Source: Octopus bimaculoides (Eukaryota). From it: 55,201 nt of DNA. The position numbers and the translations under genes were made by a program. Where the stretch lies: assembly GCF_001194135.2 (NCBI RefSeq), contig NC_068990.1, positions 54,770,107-54,825,307 on the forward strand. The letters are read 5' to 3'. Positions 1 through 12,374 of this stretch are shown here, piece after piece. The stretch's first letter is position 1. The number at the start of each line of letters is the position of its first letter. Below the pieces are notes generated by a model. The model ran no database searches. It was not told the DNA's origin and saw only the letters and a list, made by a program, of their open reading frames with translations.

Positions 1-33
<33 letters not shown>

Positions 34-242
34 GTTTGTGTGTCTGTGTTTGTCCCCCAATATCGCTTGACAACCGATGCTGGTGTGTTTATGTCCCTGT
101 AACTTAGCAGTTTGGCAAAAGAGACTGAAAGAATAAGTACTAGGCTTAGAAAGAATAAGTCCTGGGGTAGATTTGCTTGAATAAAGGTGGTGCTCCAGCA
201 TGGCTGCAGTCAAATGACTGAAACAAATAAAAGAAAAGAATA
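1..242 (+). mobile_element. 3' half of Octopus-type tRNA-derived SINE (family A)
   Basis: Same body as 21412-21810 (gcttgacaaccgatgctggtgtg...gctccagcatggc...gactgaaac), following the internal (TA)n. Confidence 0.75.
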
Positions 243-244
243 CA

Positions 245-297
<53 letters not shown>

Positions 298-1195
298 TAT
301 GCACACACATGCATATATGGATACAAGACGTCACCAACAGTGCAAATAACATGAAATGCATAAACAAATGAGTTAAATATGTAAACAAGAAAAAAAATAG
401 AGAACACTAGTAAACACAGTTATCAGCTGTCTATCTACTCCTCATTTTGAGCATTTAGTGACAATATGAGTCTTTAAAGGCAGTTGCTCCCATAAATTCT
501 AAAATAAAATTTAGGATTTATGGAGGATTCAAAGTTGGGAACAAAAACATTATTATAGGCTGGGAGATTATTACCACACTTGGAAACCAGGCACAGTAAG
601 AACATCCAGCCATAGAAAAACTGTGCCCCAACATACTCTCATCATGTAAGCATAGAAAAGTAGACATTAAAATTATGATGATGATGATTCAAGGCTCGAG
701 AAAACCCATGAGTATTTTGAAAATCCGGCTGTTTATAATTTTATTATGTACAGGTGTGGTTAATAAAACAAAGTACACAATAGTTTTCAGGTTTTTTTTT
801 CATAATTTAAACCTTAGAGCAGTTCTTTTTGTAACTCTTCATGTGAAATGTACCAGTAGTCGTTTACTTAAACTCCAGTGCAACACAAAGTTAAAAAATG
901 ATTAGGAACCCTCTTTAACTGGTCATTGAATTTGCCAAAGACAATAGTCAAACAAATCCGTTGGTAGCCCATGTTAATGAACTCTTAATTCTTTATATCT
1001 AATAATTGTATTTTATTTATTCAATCTCATGTAACAGCAATAGTTAATTAGTGTAATCATATGCAACAACACATTTTATGAAATTCGATCACATGAAATA
1101 CTGCATTGCATTCATGTCGTCACATACCTTTGAAATATAGCTAACACTCCATTTATCTTGGGAAGTACATAATATCTCTTACGTATTTTAATTAT

Positions 1196-1322
1196 AGATG
1201 TGGCTATGTGGTTAAGAAGTTCACATTGCAACCATGTGACTTCAGGTTCAGTACCACTATGCAGCACCTCAGACAAATGTCTTGTTAGTGAATTTAGTAG
1301 CTGAAGTTTGTGTAGAAGCCTG

Positions 1323-1373
<51 letters not shown>

Positions 1374-2006
1374 NNNNNNNNNNNNNNNNNNNNNNNNNNN
1401 NNNNNNNNNNNNNNNNNNNNNNNNNNNNNNNNNNNNNNNNNNNNNNNNNNNNNNNNNNNNNNNNNNNNNNNNNNNNNNNNNNNNNNNNNNNNNNNNNNNN
1501 NNNNNNNNNNNNNNNNNNNNNNNNNNNNNNNNNNNNNNNNNNNNNNNNNNNNNNNNNNNNNNNNNNNNNNNNNNNNNNNNNNNNNNNNNNNNNNNNNNNN
1601 NNNNNNNNNNNNNNNNNNNNNNNNNNNNNNNNNNNNNNNNNNNNNNNNNNNNNNNNNNNNNNNNNNNNNNNNNNNNNNNNNNNNNNNNNNNNNNNNNNNN
1701 NNNNNNNNNNNNNNNNNNNNNNNNNNNNNNNNNNNNNNNNNNNNNNNNNNNNNNNATATATTTGTAAATATTTATGTGTGTGTGTGTGTGTGTGTGATGT
1801 GGGTTTGACCTTCCCTACAACTACTTGACAACTGGTGTTGGTTTGTTCTAATTTTTGTAACTTAACAGTTCTGCAAAAGGTCTTAATAGAATAATTACAA
1901 GACTTAAAAAATAAGTACTATGGTTGATTTGCTTGACTAGACCCCCTCAAGGTGGTGCTCCAGCATGGCCACATTCCAGTGACTGAAACAAAGTAAAATA
2001 TAAAAG
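1196..2006 (+). mobile_element. SINE family A spanning assembly gap 1
   Basis: Head (gtggttaag...ggttcagtacc) lies left of the (TA)n/N gap; the 3' body (cttgacaactgg...ccagcatggcc...gactgaaac) lies to its right. Confidence 0.65.
1374..1755. other. Assembly gap (N run)
   Basis: N bases flanked by (TA)n. Confidence 0.98.
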
Positions 2007-2039
2007 ATGTAATCTTCTGATGTAGAACACCTGTTTGGA

Positions 2040-2225
2040 AGCTCCTCAATGGGATTAAGTTAAATATCAACAATATCCTAAGAACTGCAACAACTTCTTT
2101 ATGGTGAAATAAAAATGCATGATAACAATGTAGTGCAAAGTGAACATTGACAATGAGACATTATCTGAATGGTTTTTCAACAGAATCTGGTGTGTGGCTG
2201 GGCTGTATTCTCTTGGTTATCTACT
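2040..2225 (+). mobile_element. Degenerate non-LTR RT fragment (probably RTE)
   Basis: Frameshifted NETLSEWF-STESGVWLGCIL resembles the RT motif LSEWFxTxxGVRQGCILSP. Confidence 0.45.
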
Positions 2226-3049
2226 GGGGAAACTGAGAGGCTGAGCAATTATGTAAAGCAAAACAGGTCTCGATGTATTTCAAAAACACGTGCATAAATT
2301 CCAACAATATAGCACTTGCCAACAGTAAGCCACAAGACTATTCAGAGGACTTTACCTTCCCTACAACTGCTTGACAACAGAGGACTGAGCAAATTAAAAC
2401 AACTACTGTGAGATGTTTCATGTGGCCTGTGGTTTTGATTCTAACAGTGTGATGTCCTATAAAGTCTACAGTGGTATTATCTGACCTATCAAAAAAACAT
2501 TAGGGTTTCATTTATATGCCCAATTGTTAATAAATTATAATCACAAAATTTATGTTCATTGATTACAGACTTGTGAAAACTTTATCATCCACATTGAACT
2601 TTGGGCAATATGAGTCAATTCACATCAGTTCATGGACCTTATACACCAATCTACTGGTTCATGGAATTTTTCTGTGATATTGTATTTTGAATCCATGGAA
2701 AGCTGTAATGCTCTTGTTCTGCTATACATGTTACATGTTCGTTCGAATGTGGTTTACATACAAAAATTTGTTTTTCACTTATTTCAGTCATTTGGACTGC
2801 TGCCATGTTGGGGTATTGCATTGAAGGGTTTAGTTGAACAAATCAACCCCATTACTTATTTTTTTTATAAGTGTGGTACTTATTCTGTCGGGCTCTTCTG
2901 CTGAGATGCTATGTTACAGGGATGTGAACAAACCAGCACTGTTTGTCAAGCATTGGATGTGGGGGGACAAACACAAATGCAGAGATACTTGTACACACCA
3001 AAAAGAGGTGACAGATACTGGTGTCACACAAATGACACCCATGCCAGTA

Positions 3050-3226
3050 GCACATAAAGAACACCCGTTACACTCTCGGAGTGGTTTTGTATTAGGAAGG
3101 GCATCCAGCCATAGAGACCATGCCAAATCAGACTGGGGTCTAGTGCAGCCTTCCAGCTAGCCAGCCCTGGTCAAACCATCTATCCCATGCCACCATGGAC
3201 AACAGATGTTAAATGATGATGATGAT
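3050..3226 (+). mobile_element. RTE 3' tail fragment with (GAT)n end
   Basis: acactctcggagtgg...aggaagggcatccagc...ccatgcc...catgga...aaatgatgatgatg; same tail family as 40750-40946 and 44755-45221. Confidence 0.7.
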
Positions 3227-4126
3227 TATATATATATATATATATATAAATTCAACTTACGATGAAAGTAAATAAAGTTTGCTTTAGAAGCATTGAGATG
3301 TATTGAATGATACAGATAAGGAAATAATTTACTCTCAAACGCAGGATAATGCTAATATAACAGCATGAACAGGATAAATTATCCATACATTGCAGAAAAT
3401 TTTGTCAGCGGCCAGTCATGACACTCAAACTCACATCCCTGTGATTATGTGTCAAGTGCTTTACTTTTAAGCTAAACTGCCCAGTGACAAATTGTTCTGC
3501 AATTTTAGGATATAAAAATCTAGCTTTATAAGATGCTAACGTTAGCATTATATATTAACTTATATACACACATTCACAATGGGCTTACACACAGTTTTGA
3601 TCCACCAAGTTCACTCACAAGGCATTGGTCAGCCTGGGGCTGATAAAACTAAGCTTCTTAGCCTCATAGCCATGCCTTCACCTAATGAACAAATCATTTT
3701 TGAAGTTGTCAAAGTGAGAAATGGTATAATACTTGGTCTGGTTTGTTTTGGGAATTTTCTAAAGAGTGTCCTTTTTTTCTTCTCTTTTTTTTTTTTTATC
3801 AGTTGCTAACGACTTCTTCGGACACTAAAAACTCTATCTCAGTACCACAATTGCTATGTTCCTCAGCATAGTCAGTGACACACAGTTTAAACCAACCACA
3901 TAGCTCATTTTCTTGTGTTTAGTGTTTATACTCATCTTGAAGGTTTTATGTAAAATTATTTCGTTGTAAGGAAAGTAGATACTCTTTTAATACTATAAAT
4001 ATGTTTACTAATATTAAAACTAACAACACCAGAGATCTGAGACTGTATTATTAAAAAACTTCATTTACTCATACATTTTTAAGAGCGTTTACTCTATAAC
4101 ATAAACATATAACAATGTGTGGTTAA

Positions 4127-4556
4127 TCCGTTAACATTTAAACCGTCCATATGCAACCCAAATATCCTTCCTTTTTCATATTCAAACCAATCAAATTTAG
4201 CCTCTCATACCTACCCTAAAATGTCATTTTAAAAATAATCAATCACATCATTGAAATTTCAAAGCTACAAAGTAATGCATGCTTCATTCAAAACAGTTTG
4301 AATAAATAAGCATTTCATTGGATAGAGTAATCTGAATGTTAAAGGGTTAAATCAGCCATATCTGGGCCAAATATTCTACATGTTGTATGTTAAAACCAGT
4401 CAGAACAAGATCTTTCGCACCTGCTCTACAATGTCATTCTAAAAATGAAAAAAAAGTCACATCATCAAAATTTCAAGGCTATGAGGTAATAATGCATGAT
4501 TGATTCAAAACAATGTGAATAAATATACATTACATTTGACAGTAATTTGAATGCTA
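4127..4556 (+). mobile_element. Two tandem copies of a ~220-bp TTAA-flanked (piggyBac-like) MITE
   Basis: Both copies share the body with 17981-18190 and 52672-52891. Copy 1 ends aatgttaaaggg|ttaa at 4346. Confidence 0.65.
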
Positions 4557-4560
4557 CATG

Positions 4561-4935
4561 CTTAAGAAGCTTGCTTTGCAACCACATGGTTTCAGGTTCA
4601 ATTCTACTGTGTGGCATCTTGGGCCAGTGTCTTGTATTATAGGCCTGAGCTGGCCAATATCTTGTTAGTGAATTTGGTAGGTGGAAATTGTGTGGAAGCT
4701 CACCGTATGTGTGTGTGTGTGTGTTTATTTTTGTCTGTGTTCCCCCCTCCCACGTGCACACACACTTACCCACTGCTTGACAACTGATGTTGGTTTGTTT
4801 GCATCCCTGTAACTTAGAAGCTCTGCCAAAGAATTTAAAGACTAAAATTAGTCCTTGGGTTGATTTGTTTGATAAAATCTTTCAAGGTAGTGCCCTAGCA
4901 AGACCATAGTGCAGTGACTGAAACAAGTAAAAAAA
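4561..4935 (+). mobile_element. SINE family A
   Basis: Head aagaagcttgc...ggttcaattc, internal (GT)n, and body matching 21412-21810. Confidence 0.7.
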
Positions 4936-5436
4936 TAAAAAAAATATAAGTAGACCACATGTAATAAACATAAAAATACACTATCCAAAATAACCACTGA
5001 CATGTTTGCTGCTTTTTCCTATGTGTCTATTCATATCTAAATGCAACCCTGGATGGACAAAAAGACAAATTGAACCAAGTGAGATTTGAACTCAGAGCTT
5101 AAATGCAGTCCCTAAAATAGATGTTTAATAAACACTTCATGCATGGCTTGATGTTGTGATATTAATCGGGGTTTTTTTCTGGTTGTTATAGAATATCTAG
5201 ACGAGGATGTGCATTCAGATTGCTGGTGTTTAATTATGAAAGTTTTCTTTCACCAAGGAAGGTAAAAAAAAAAAGAAGTTTAATTAGAAAGACAGTGGCC
5301 TATGCTCATACTTAGTAATCATGCTTAATATTTATTTATGACAGATGACAGTGTATTCTGATTTTAGCCTGTGACATAAAGGGTATGTTCTACTGATAAG
5401 GGATTTAATAGGGTTAATCAGTAGAACATACCCTTT

Positions 5437-5827
5437 CAGTAGAACCCCCTGCACTGATAGGAACTGTATCGTATGTAGATTTAGCCCACAAACGAACTGC
5501 AAAACCAGAAATGTGGTCTATAGTATAAGATGTACAGAGGGACGATGTAGAAATAAGACAATGACATATGTAGGTGAAACAGCAAGGAGCATAGGGGAGC
5601 AGGCAAACGAACATTGGAGGGAACTTAAGGAAGGGAAGAACTCATCAGTTCTGTACCAGCACGCTGAGCAAGAACATAGAGGCTCAATCAACAACATAGA
5701 GATTAAAATCTTATCTACACATAGCAGTGATGCAGCACTTAGACAAATTACTGAAGCTACACACATAATAGAAGAGAAACCTAGCCTGAATAGGAAACTA
5801 GAATGGAACACTAACACACACCACTAA
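5437..5827 (+). mobile_element. 5'-truncated Penelope-like element: GIY-YIG endonuclease C-terminus
   Basis: NVVYSIRC...TYVGETARSIGEQANEH...LYQH...ITEATHIIEEKPSLNR. Has GIY-YIG halves VVY / YVGET, catalytic E and terminal LN, preceded by a CxxxxCxxC-like stretch. Confidence 0.85.
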
Positions 5828-6168
5828 CAAACCACAAACCACAACATGTGACATGTTACCCATAAACCAATAATAATATGAACAAAATATAATACAATAC
5901 ATAGATAAACAAATGGAATTAAATACTACATACGTTAACAAAATTTAATTAAACACAAAAAAAAACAAAAACAAAAAACACACACACACACACACACACA
6001 TATGAACAAATAAATAAATAAGAACAAATACAAACGAACACGTATTAACAGAGAATATAGGTGATACAGACACTCCCCATACACACACATGCACTTACAA
6101 AAGACATAGACACATTGAAGGACACGCATGCGTAGACACATACAATAGGAATACAAAATACAAAATGG

Positions 6169-6468
6169 NNNNNNNNNNNNNNNNNNNNNNNNNNNNNNNN
6201 NNNNNNNNNNNNNNNNNNNNNNNNNNNNNNNNNNNNNNNNNNNNNNNNNNNNNNNNNNNNNNNNNNNNNNNNNNNNNNNNNNNNNNNNNNNNNNNNNNNN
6301 NNNNNNNNNNNNNNNNNNNNNNNNNNNNNNNNNNNNNNNNNNNNNNNNNNNNNNNNNNNNNNNNNNNNNNNNNNNNNNNNNNNNNNNNNNNNNNNNNNNN
6401 NNNNNNNNNNNNNNNNNNNNNNNNNNNNNNNNNNNNNNNNNNNNNNNNNNNNNNNNNNNNNNNNNNNN
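6169..6468. other. Assembly gap (N run)
   Basis: N bases, (TA)n on the right. Confidence 0.97.
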
Positions 6469-6517
<49 letters not shown>

Positions 6518-6899
6518 GTGTGTGTGTGTGTATATGTATATCTATGTATAAAATGTGTGTATGTATACAATAGGTTAGACAATCTTGTTTTAACTCTTTT
6601 ACGTTTACCTGTCATACTGGTTTCTAGAAAATGCCAATTTTTATTAGGTCATGGTTACAGTCATTTATAACCAACCTTAGTATATTACTGGCTCATATTA
6701 CTAACCGGTTCTCTCTCCTGAACGTTAATAGGTTTAATAAATAAAGGGAAAATATCTACTTTAGTAGTGGAATGTGGTGGAGTTTGAAGCTGAATGCTGT
6801 GAGGACAAAACTTACTACTCTATTTACTGTAATTTTACTCTCAAACTCGTTCTGTTTCTGTTGATTTACTACTTATGGTATTAATATTAAAGAGCCATG

Positions 6900-7125
6900 T
6901 GAGGCGGCAAGCTGGTAGAACTGTTAGCTTTCTAGGTAAAATGCTTAGTGATGTTTCATCTGTTTTTACGCTCTGAGTTCAAATTCCGCTGAGGTTGACT
7001 TTGCCTCTCATCCTTTTGGGGGTCGATAAAATAAGTACCATTTAAGCACTGGGGTTAATGTAATTGACTTAGCCCCTCCCCTGAAATTACTGGCCTTGTG
7101 CCAAAATTTGAAAGCATTATTAAAG
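6900..7125 (+). mobile_element. tRNA-derived SINE family B
   Basis: ggcggcaagctggtagaa...gagttcaaattccgctgaggttgactttgcc...taagtacc; similar copies at 28865-29080 (+), 38095-38300 (+), 11865-12020 (-), 39170-39390 (-). Confidence 0.7.
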
Positions 7126-9129
7126 AGCCATGTATTGGCAGAATCATTGGACTCTGTTTTTGCCAAATCTTAGCTTTTAGTATTAATAATGGCTTTAAAT
7201 TTGGGCACAAGGCCAGCAATTTCAGTGGACAGAATAAGTCAATTACATTGACCTCTGTGCTAAACAGGTACTTATTTTATTGACTCCGAAAGGATGAAAA
7301 GTAAAGTTGCTCTCTGTAAAATTTTAACTTAGAATGTAAACTTTTAGAAATAATATTAATTAAAAAGAGTAATGTATTGGCAAAATCATGAGAGCATAGG
7401 ACAAAATATTCTATATTTACTAATGGCTCTTTACATTCTGAGTTCAAATCCCATGAAGGTCACTTTTAAAGTATTATGCTCAATTTAATCCCACTCCTTC
7501 AAATTTATTATGTTATACTTATGTTAGAAATCAATAATATTAGTTTCTTCTTAGTCTTTGAGAATCATTTATTGGATTAGTCATGCAGCTGTGAGATAGA
7601 GTATCTTTTTTTTTTTTTTTTTTTTTTTTGCTATCCTTCATAGGCAGATGAGATCAATTCAGTTGATGTTGTTCAACAATTTGCAAGTCACTATTTTGGT
7701 GAGAGAAGGTGGGATTTTGAGTGGAAGAAGAGAATAGACACAATGCAGGTGATCAGAAGATGAGACGTGTGTGTTTGTTCAGAGTTTGCGAGTTCAGACT
7801 TGTCTGCTGGTATCTCACTGTAGTTCTAGGAAGAAGACTTTGTTCAAAATAGACTCCTTTCACTTAAGTACAGCCAAATGTTTTTCATATCACATTGTAC
7901 TATCTCAAAAAGAAAAAGAAAAAGAAAAAAAGAAGACATTGAACAGTGTAGTTGTAGATACCATGTCTGAGAAAATAGATATGTGGGTTATAGTGAGAAT
8001 GCATTTTGATCATAAGTCAACCTGATCAGTCTTGATGTTAGCTAAACAACCACAAGATTGCTTTGTCTTTTTGAGCAAAACATTTCTGAGGAAGGAGTAG
8101 TAGATTTGGATTCTGTTTTATGTTGAGTGCTGGAGTAGCTTTCCCTGATCCTTAGGAAAAGTTGAATTCGATATTGTAGCATCAGTAACAAAGAAGTAGG
8201 TTTTTACAATTCTGAGTTATGTGAAATTTAAGTATTTTGGATACAGTCATCACAGAATGTTGTTGGCAGAAGATAGAATGCACTCTGCCTATTGCCTCAA
8301 CTGATACTCAGCACACTATTGAACCTGGTCACAAGGAACCCCTACAAAGTTGCTCACTTTGCTGGAGATAGCAAACAAATCCCTTACCACTTTAAATGAA
8401 GGACACATTGGATAATAGTGGAGATGTGTGGCTTAGAGGTTAGGGTGTTGAACTTATGACCATAAGATTATGGTTTCAATTCCTGGAATGGGTGATGCGT
8501 TGTATTCTTGAGCAAAACACTTCATTTCACATTGCACCGTTTCCAACTGACCATGTGACACAAGCATTCTGTGTTACATCGCCAGCTGGAAACAGTGTTT
8601 CCTGGGGCTAAATAGCAGTAGCATTTTTTCCCCTTTCCTGGGACTGCCACATTAAGTTGGCAACAAACCATCACTTTATCGCGCTGCTGCTGTATAAATC
8701 TCTCTGAGAGATTTAGAAATGTAATGATATAGGTGGTTTTAATGCTGAAGAGTTAAATGTCTGCCTGATCAGAGGCTGATTTATGGCTAAATGACAATGA
8801 TGATCATGGTGGTTAATGTTATGAGAAGAAAATTTGCAATACCCTGGGCACATTGTAATCTCATCTTTCTACCGTCTCACAAAAATTCTTCACAGTCTGA
8901 TGGTTCAACATGTGATCTGGTTTAAAGCATACTATAAACATACCATATGGAAAGCTCTGTTGATGGAATTCCAGTAGCTTCTATGTTTTCAATATAACAA
9001 TAAAGTAATGGATTTAAAGTGGGCAGGATTGACAATAGATATCCCTGTTGTTTCATTTGCGTATCAAAATGCAAAGAAAGAGGACGTTAAACGACAATGA
9101 TGATATACATGTGTGTATGTGTGTGTGAA

Positions 9130-9380
9130 GGCATGTGGCCTAGTGGTTAGGCTGTTGCACTCACGATTGCTAGATTGTGGGTTCAATTCCTTGCCTAGGT
9201 GATGCATTGTGTTCTTGAGCAAAACACTTCATTTCACGTTGCTCAGGTCCCCTTTTCAATCACTGGAGAATGTTGTGCAGCTTTCCTAGCCAGGAGGGTG
9301 GTGTCATTTGAAGGCTAAAACAATGCAAAGATGCATTGTGACCAGCGATGTGTAACAACATCTGATAGCCTGATTGGTCC
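9130..9380 (+). mobile_element. tRNA-derived SINE family C
   Basis: A-box/B-box-like head gtggcctagtggttagg...ggttcaattcc followed by cttgagcaaaacacttcatttcac. Confidence 0.6.
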
Positions 9381-9559
9381 TTGCGAGTTTGAACCCCATA
9401 CAAAAGTGAGTAGTGAAAACAACAGTGGAAGCCTTAGTACACTATACATTAGAAATGAGGTAGACTACAACAGGCACAAGCATGCACACACACTCAGGAC
9501 ATAACTAAGGGATACAATAGTAAGCAACCTGCACACCAGAGCAGACACTGCAGAAACAT

Positions 9560-10535
9560 AAAACACACTAATGCTAAAATCTGGACAAAACCTATAAATA
9601 CTAAAACCAATGGTAAATAGAGGATGACATTGTGGTATATTGTTCCATTTTCAAAATAATTTCCAACATCCCTTGACTGTTCTATATAGCAATAAAAAAT
9701 CACTTTCCTAAAAATAGCAAGTATTGCAAAATGTTTAGTAACATAATATATTCCTTGTCTTTTCCAATAGTCGCAACCTGGCACAAATAATAACAGTTCA
9801 TAATACAGGTAAACTATACAACTTCCAAAGGGATCCTAGTTATGCAAATCTGTATAATAAGGAGGAAATAACTAACAACAGAAGGGACATTGGTGATGAG
9901 ACTAGTAGCACACACTGAAGTACGGGGGAATGCTAACAGAAGAATTAACAGTCAAAGGAAGACAACCCTAACAAATTTGTTCACAGGCATAGAAATAGAG
10001 GGAAGAACTGCTAGGAAAGGCGGCATCAAAGTTAATATCCATAGAGAATTCAGAAATAACACTGGACTGGTGGAAGAAGGAATAGGAGAGACTTCTAGTG
10101 AAGTCATTAAGACAAAAAAATAATAGAAATAGACAGACAGACAGGTCTATGCAACTGTGCTAGAGATAAACTATGTTCGTTAAACTCAAAATGTAAAAAC
10201 TAAGAACCTGGTCTATTGATGTAAAGTTACCTCAAAGGGAAGGGAATACTTTTATATAGGGGCCAGCTCTCTATTTTTCAAAACAAGACTGGACCATCAT
10301 TTAAATTCCTTCAGAGATAAAACAAAAATAAATAATACAAGCCTAAGTAAACTAATTTGGTCAATTAATGACAAAACCAATAGCTATTCTATTGATTGGG
10401 ATCTAATTAGTACTGCTTAAGCCTTATCAAGTAGGGGAAATAGATGTGATCTATGTGTAGAAGAACTTTACCAAATATTTACATCAAAACACACATTAAT
10501 TGATACAAGACACAAATAGATAATTCTAGATAGCC
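9560..10535 (+). mobile_element. Degenerate Penelope-like element (post-RT linker plus GIY-YIG), different subgroup from 5437-5827
   Basis: Broken frames give KNHFPKNSKYCKMF, CNCARDKLCSLNSKC, KNLVY...YFYIG, FKTRLDHHLNSF, TSLSKLIW and RCDLCVEEL, typical of PLE C-termini. Contains stops and frameshifts. Confidence 0.75.
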
Positions 10536-12364
10536 AACTTCCCAGTAACACTGACATAACAAATCGTCATTAATAAAAAAAACAAATACCATACACTGTA
10601 TAACATAATGAGCAGCCCAACCAAAAATGAATATAAACAAACAAGAACCCCTCAATACAAGCACTTCACTCGAAATCAAAAATAATACACACAACCATTA
10701 AAATTAACAAAGAGACTTACAAAAACAACAATCTTGACCTTAACCTATTTTAAAAACAAGCCTTAACTTTGGACTGCAACTGGAGTGAAGTTGAAGTCAA
10801 CAGCACATACCTATAAATAATAACGCTCACCTCTCACAGAACACTAGCTAACAAAAATTTTCTTCAATTAGTTCACTTTGAGGATGACCAAAGTTGATGA
10901 AGTTGCAACGGCAATATTGCAAGGTTGCATTTACAACAGTGAATAGTCGCTGCCGCAGAAACTTGTGTAGGTCATTATAATATGCTGTATATAACTATAG
11001 AATAAATTTTGTGGCTATACAAGTCTCCATACTCTTTATTATTATTAATATTAACATACACTTCAGAAAATTTTTACTGTCTAGCAATGGGAACACAGAA
11101 CTACCCATTGGAAAAATTCATGGAGTGATTAACAGCTAAATGTAAACACTGACATTAGATACTGATCATTGTGGTTAACCATTAACTGGAACGTAACTGA
11201 GAGCCAATATGGTATCTACCTAGATAATATATCCCTTTAAACAACTCGCTTATATATATATATATACACACACATACATACACACACACAGTGAAATAAG
11301 GATTCAGATAGAATCAGATACTTGAAAAGATATGCACCAATTTGGGTTGGATAAACCTGTGGTTCTGGCCTATGGCTGGTAAGTATCAAATAGGATATTC
11401 TGGTTGTGTACACAGAAGACCAACGCTATGAGTATTTAGCGCCAGTCCAAAGTATGCATTACATTGAATTGTATGTTGTTTGTATACTCTGAGGGGCCCA
11501 ACAAGTCGTTAATCCCCTTGGTGTATTATAATCAAATGAATAATAACAGATGATGGATAATTGTTAGCTCATTACAGCTGTTTCTTACACATTTTTTTTA
11601 ATAGAAGAATGAGAACATTACACCATTAAAAAAATGCGTAAGAAACAGCTGACAATTATCTGTCGTCTACATCTGACCGAAGCCTTGTGATTGAATTTGG
11701 TAGGCGGAAGTTACTGCTGTGTGTGTATATGTCTGTGTATGTGCTTGTGCCTCTCTCCCAGAGAGTGAGAGAGAGAATATATATATATTGTAAAATTTAT
11801 GTTGACTGGGGCTTGCAGTTTTGTGTATCAGCTTCTTCAACCAGATTAATCTCGATCAACTCAGTTATTGGTTTCAGATTCTGGCACAAGGCCAGCAATT
11901 TCAGGGGTAGGGGCTAGTTGATCTCAGTGGAATTTGAACTTGGAACATAAAGATGGATGAAATGCCACGAAACATTTTGCTCCGAGTGCTACTGATTCTA
12001 CCAGCTCGCCACCTTAGTCAACTCAAATATTGCAGTAAATTTCATTGTACTCTCTGCATTGAGTCACGTTATTAGTAAATGTTCCATTGTTATTCTTTGC
12101 ATATACATATATATCTATTTATTTACATTTAGCAGAAGTAACAGAGTGACTCAAGATTTGAGAGTTTTGTGTGTTGGTACTTATCAAACTTTGATAAGTG
12201 CCAATATACAAAACCCTTGACCATGTTACTTCTGCTAAATATTAATAAAAATATACATATACTCATAATTTGAGTTCTATTTTTCTTGTTTGCACCAACA
12301 CACCAGCATGTATGTATGTATGTATGTACGTACGTACGTGCGTACGTACGTATGTATATATATA

Positions 12365-12374
12365 NNNNNNNNNN
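12365..12374. other. Assembly gap (10 N)
   Basis: N bases within (TA)n. Confidence 0.97.

Noticed and set aside
708-757. MSILKIRLFIILLCT as a signal-peptide exon
   Set aside because: The only nearby donor is weak (gtgtgg) and phase 1, incompatible with the phase-2 acceptor at 17466.
11332-11384. ATG...TG|gtaagt mini-exon in phase 2
   Set aside because: Encodes MHQFGLDKPVVLAYG(W): no hydrophobic core and no Cys for repeat 1.
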